DNA of 64,000 nt from an uncultured Candidatus Micrarchaeota archaeon (lineage in GTDB: Archaea > Micrarchaeota > Micrarchaeia > Anstonellales > Bilamarchaeaceae). The notes under the pieces were generated by a model. That model did not search any database. It was not told where the DNA came from and was given only the letters and a program-made list of their open reading frames with translations. Both the position numbers and the translations under genes were made by a program. Below, piece by piece: positions 60,508-64,000 of the stretch. Within the stretch, counting starts at the first letter, position 1. Each line of letters opens with the position of its first letter. The DNA lies in assembly GCA_963714085.1 (NCBI GenBank), contig OY970229.1:1408001-1472000 (forward strand). The letters run 5' to 3'.

Positions 60508-61941
60508 ATGGAAGACCAAAACACGACTTTAGGGAGAAGGGCGAAGGAGACCGCCGCAAAGGCGCAGTGCGAGCTGGTGGACGTGAAGTTCTCGGATCTT
60601 CTGGGCCAGTGGCAGCATTTCTCGATCCCATCGGGCGCGATCAATTTCGATTCCACGGACTCGTTCCCCTTCGACGGCTCGTCGATTCGGGGGTTCCAGG
60701 AGATAGACGAGAGCGACATGAACCTCATCCCGGACTATTCCACGGCGATCGTGGACCCGTTCTCGAGCAAGAGCCTGAGCGTGGTGTGCGACGTCTACGA
60801 TCCGATCAAGAAGCAGTTCTACCAGAGGGACTCGCGCGTCATCGCGAAGAAGGCCGAGGCCTACCTGAGGTCGAGCGGCATAGGAGACACCGCGTATCTC
60901 GGGCCAGAGGCCGAGTTCTTCGTCTTCGACGACATCCGCTACGCGCAGGACGAGCACTCGGGCTACTACTTCGTGGACTCGTCCGAGGGCATATGGAACT
61001 CCGGCAAGGAGAGCGAGAACGGGGAGGGCAACCTGGGATACAAGCCCAGGTACAAGGAGGGCTATTTCCCGACCCCGCCGCATGACAGCATCCACGAGCT
61101 GCGGAGCGAGATGATGCTCACCATGATGCGCTGCGGCATCACGGCGGAGAAGCACCACCACGAGGTGGCGACCGCTGGCCAGTGCGAGATCGGCATAAAG
61201 TACGACTCGCTGGTGCGCTCTGCGGACAACATCCAGCTCTTCAAGTACGTGGTGAAGAACGTCGCGAGGAAGCACAGGAAGGTCGCGACCTTCATGCCGA
61301 AGCCGCTGTTCAACGACAACGGGAGCGGCATGCACACCCACCAGAGCATATGGAAGGACGGGAAGAACTGCTTCGCGGGCGAGGGCTACGGCGGCCTGAG
61401 CGACACGGCGCTCTACTACGTGGGCGGGCTGCTCAGCCACGCGAGGGCGCTGGCGGCCATCTGCTCGCCGACGACCAACTCCTATAAGAGGCTCGTACCG
61501 GGCTTCGAGGCTCCGGTCAACCTGGTGCACAGCTACCGCAACAGGAGCGCCGCGGTCAGGATACCCGTGGTCGAGCCCGGCGACTGGAAGGCGAAGCGTG
61601 TGGAATACCGCCCTCCGGACCCGAGCTGCAACCCGTACCTCGCGTTCTCGGCCATGCTCATGGCAGGGCTGGACGGGATAAGGAAGAAGACGTCCCCCGG
61701 CGAGCCGATAAACGCCAACATCTACAAGCTGCCCAAGGAGCAGGCCGCGGGAATCAGGCAGCTCCCCGGAAGCCTGGACGAAGCGCTGTCCGAGCTCGAG
61801 AGCGACCACGCGTTCCTATTGGAAGGCAACGTCTTCACAAAGGACGTCATAGAGATGTGGCTGGAGAAGAAGCATGACGAGATAAGCCAGGTCGCGCTGA
61901 GGCCGCACCCCTGGGAGTATCATCTCTACCACGACGTGTGA
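60508..61941 (+). CDS. glnA: Glutamine synthetase type I
   Basis: FDGSSI.GF, GPEAEFF, HHEVA..GQ.EI, FMPKP...DNGSGMH.H, NSYKRLVPG.EAP, NRSA.VRIP, NPYLAF. Confidence 0.97.
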   Translation: MEDQNTTLGRRAKETAAKAQCELVDVKFSDLLGQWQHFSIPSGAINFDSTDSFPFDGSSIRGFQEIDESDMNLIPDYSTAIVDPFSSKSLSVVCDVYDPIKKQFYQRDSRVIAKKAEAYLRSSGIGDTAYLGPEAEFFVFDDIRYAQDEHSGYYFVDSSEGIWNSGKESENGEGNLGYKPRYKEGYFPTPPHDSIHELRSEMMLTMMRCGITAEKHHHEVATAGQCEIGIKYDSLVRSADNIQLFKYVVKNVARKHRKVATFMPKPLFNDNGSGMHTHQSIWKDGKNCFAGEGYGGLSDTALYYVGGLLSHARALAAICSPTTNSYKRLVPGFEAPVNLVHSYRNRSAAVRIPVVEPGDWKAKRVEYRPPDPSCNPYLAFSAMLMAGLDGIRKKTSPGEPINANIYKLPKEQAAGIRQLPGSLDEALSELESDHAFLLEGNVFTKDVIEMWLEKKHDEISQVALRPHPWEYHLYHDV

Positions 61942-61974
61942 GCTCCAGAAAAATCAGCTAGGAAAGGGCTGCTT

Positions 61975-62412
61975 TCATTCTATCTTTACCTTGACGACCG
62001 TAAGGTCCGGGGTAGGCTCCACCCTTATGCCCCCCAAGTCCCATGGGCGGTTCTCCGCGCTTCCGTCGAAGTTGACGCGGAACGGCAGCGAGCGGCCGCC
62101 CGATGCGTCGCGGACGTGCAATCTGAAGGCGACCCCGCGCCCGTCCACGTCCGCCACGCTGATGCTGCTTTCGGACTTGCCGCCCACTATGTTCGCGCGC
62201 CAGATGACGTCCCCTGCCTTGGCCGGGACCTCGCAGAGCGGCATATGCCTGCAGACCGCCGCTGTTCCAGTGATCTCCATCCGGCCCGCCGGCTTCATCA
62301 ACTCCTTCGCCGAATATCCCACGGCTCCGAGCGCTCCGGCAAAGAGCAACACGTTCGTGAACTTCCTCGCCCTCACGCGTGTCCGGAGTTTCTGGGTTTG
62401 AACGGTTTCCAT
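61975..62412 (-). CDS. Membrane-anchored hypothetical protein
   Basis: Basic N-terminus, one TM, beta-rich ectodomain. Confidence 0.55.
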   Translation of the reverse strand: METVQTQKLRTRVRARKFTNVLLFAGALGAVGYSAKELMKPAGRMEITGTAAVCRHMPLCEVPAKAGDVIWRANIVGGKSESSISVADVDGRGVAFRLHVRDASGGRSLPFRVNFDGSAENRPWDLGGIRVEPTPDLTVVKVKIE

Positions 62413-62506
62413 GGCATCATCTTGTCGGATATTGGAAAGAAGCCATTATAACGTATCCTTTTTACCACAACAAATCCGATGGACATGGGAATAGAAAATA
62501 AGGGAG

Positions 62507-63211
62507 TCACTCCTTCTGCAGAGCGAAGGCGTACCTCCTCTCCAGGTTGACGTCCCTGCTGATGTCCACTACCCTGTCCACCGCGCTGAGCACGCTCGTG
62601 AACACCCAGTAGGTCGCGGTGATGCCGAGGGCGAACACCGTCCGCTCGAACGCCACGACGGGTATGAGCGCGATCCACAGCGCGGGCACGGTAGGCACGG
62701 TGTAGAGGAACAGGATGCTCCCCACCGCGTGCGCGGTGAAGGTCGCGCCGTAGCTCCGCAGGAGCAGGTTGTCCGGCATGAACTTCACGATTATCGGTAT
62801 GGTCCAATAAAGCGCGTAGAACCAGGCCTGCGCTCCCACGGGGTTAAGCCAGAAAGCGAGCATGGCGAGCGCGGGGATCACCAGGCTGAGCCTGTCCGAG
62901 AACGCCTTCGCGCCGTTCTTCCAGAAGTAATAAGCCGCGAACATCATGGGCGTGAGCTTTGCGACGTCCCAGAGCGTGAATGAGGCCGAAGCGCCGCCGA
63001 CCACGAAGGCCGCGGCCTTTGCCAGGAACACGGCTGCGACACCGGCGATGCCCAGGAACCCTCCTGCCACCGGGCCGAAGAGCTCGAACAGCGTGAACGA
63101 CTGCCCCGTCACGCCCTGTATCGCGAACACGTTCGTGTTCAGGCCGATGAAGGCGAGAACCGCGAAAAAGCCCAGGAATGATAGTCCCCGAATAGAAAAC
63201 AGTTTCTCCAT
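62507..63211 (-). CDS. Multi-pass membrane protein, possibly an ECF transporter S-component
   Basis: Several TM helices; FTLFELFGP..G.FLG; TF.AHAVG; SD GGGAGTG. Confidence 0.6.
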   Translation of the reverse strand: MEKLFSIRGLSFLGFFAVLAFIGLNTNVFAIQGVTGQSFTLFELFGPVAGGFLGIAGVAAVFLAKAAAFVVGGASASFTLWDVAKLTPMMFAAYYFWKNGAKAFSDRLSLVIPALAMLAFWLNPVGAQAWFYALYWTIPIIVKFMPDNLLLRSYGATFTAHAVGSILFLYTVPTVPALWIALIPVVAFERTVFALGITATYWVFTSVLSAVDRVVDISRDVNLERRYAFALQKE

Positions 63212-63316
63212 GGTCCCACTCCCGCAATATGCCTCTGGATTATGAATATCCTGTTATATTTATTAAGTTACCCGCACCGCTCCTCTTTAAAATACCTTTG
63301 TTACATAAATTATAAC

Positions 63317-64000
63317 ATGCCAAAGGACTCGCCGCCAGTCTCTTCCATGGTCACAACGCCAGAGCCTCACGCCAGGCCGCACCCCAGGCCGAAATTCCCC
63401 ACACCCGAGCCCGAGCGCAGCAGCAGGCCAGAGTCCCAAGAAGACGATCTGGTGGGGAAGGTGCTCGACAACCGCTATCTCATCATCAAGCGCATCGGTG
63501 AAGGCGGCATGGGGCACATATACCTTGCCACCAACAAGAATATGCCGGGCAGGATGTTCGCAATAAAGGTGCTGCGCAAGGACCACAGTTTTTTCCAGAA
63601 GGAGGCCATGGCAGTCCAGAAAATCGGCCACGACGGCATAGTCAAGGTCTACGACTATGGCGTGATTGAAGACGGGAAAAAAGACCGGCCTTACCTGGTC
63701 ATGGAGTACCTGGAGGGCGTGGACGTGGGCGGACTGCTCGAGAAGAAGAAGCGGCTCAGCTGGCCAGTGGCCAGGGACATAACACTGCAGGTCTGCGCCG
63801 CGCTCCAGGCGGCCCACGAGAATGGCGTGATCCACCTGGACATGAAACCCCAGAACGTGTTCCTCTCAGACCCCGAAGGGAAGGATTCCGTGAAGGTCCT
63901 GGATTTCGGAATCGCATGGCTTCCCGAAAGCGTGGCCGGCATAGAGTCCTCTTCGGCCAAGGGCTTCGTGGGCACCGCGGCCTACGCGCCGCCCGAGCAA
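63317..64000 (+). CDS. Hanks-type (Pkn-like) Ser/Thr kinase, 3' truncated by the window edge; absent from the ORF track
   Basis: Manual translation from ATG 63317 gives a Pro-rich N-terminus, then LVGKVLDNRYLIIKRIGEGGMGHIYLA, AIKVL, YLVMEYLEG, IHLDMKPQNV, KVLDFGIA, GTAAYAPPEQ. Confidence 0.92.
   Translation, partial: MPKDSPPVSSMVTTPEPHARPHPRPKFPTPEPERSSRPESQEDDLVGKVLDNRYLIIKRIGEGGMGHIYLATNKNMPGRMFAIKVLRKDHSFFQKEAMAVQKIGHDGIVKVYDYGVIEDGKKDRPYLVMEYLEGVDVGGLLEKKKRLSWPVARDITLQVCAALQAAHENGVIHLDMKPQNVFLSDPEGKDSVKVLDFGIAWLPESVAGIESSSAKGFVGTAAYAPPEQ

Overview
Archaeal chromosomal segment. Marker genes are aRF1, NMD3, Rpp21, Orc1/Cdc6, DUF2070, DUF63, GGPP synthase and type-2 IPP isomerase, and the promoters are TATA-type with GGTG-type SD motifs. 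The compact layout and gene content suggest a high-GC DPANN lineage such as Micrarchaeota (inference). Contents in order: (1) the 3' part of a giant (>5,560 aa) modular surface protein that starts before the window; (2) msrB; (3) a citrate cluster acn / icd-aclB-aclA (ATP citrate lyase) split by a ~5 kb accessory insert. The insert holds an AAA_14/DUF4143 ATPase cassette bounded by an exact 62-bp direct repeat and an AT-rich five-gene operon of four small winged-helix-like proteins plus a wHTH-PLD-like protein, which is the best candidate for an undescribed system; (4) housekeeping genes interleaved with orphans, including five tandem archaemetzincin-like paralogs. Only one has an intact HExxH, all share one promoter motif, and one copy is bounded by a 52-bp duplication of the neighbouring gene's 3' end; (5) an aRF1 gene with an intein inserted directly after the GGQ motif, and an intein-containing glmS; (6) a divergent RelA/SpoT-like protein, two Hanks-type Ser/Thr kinases, lrp and glnA. 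No rRNA, tRNA, CRISPR array, integrase or transposase was seen. All family calls come from motif recognition by eye; no searches were run.
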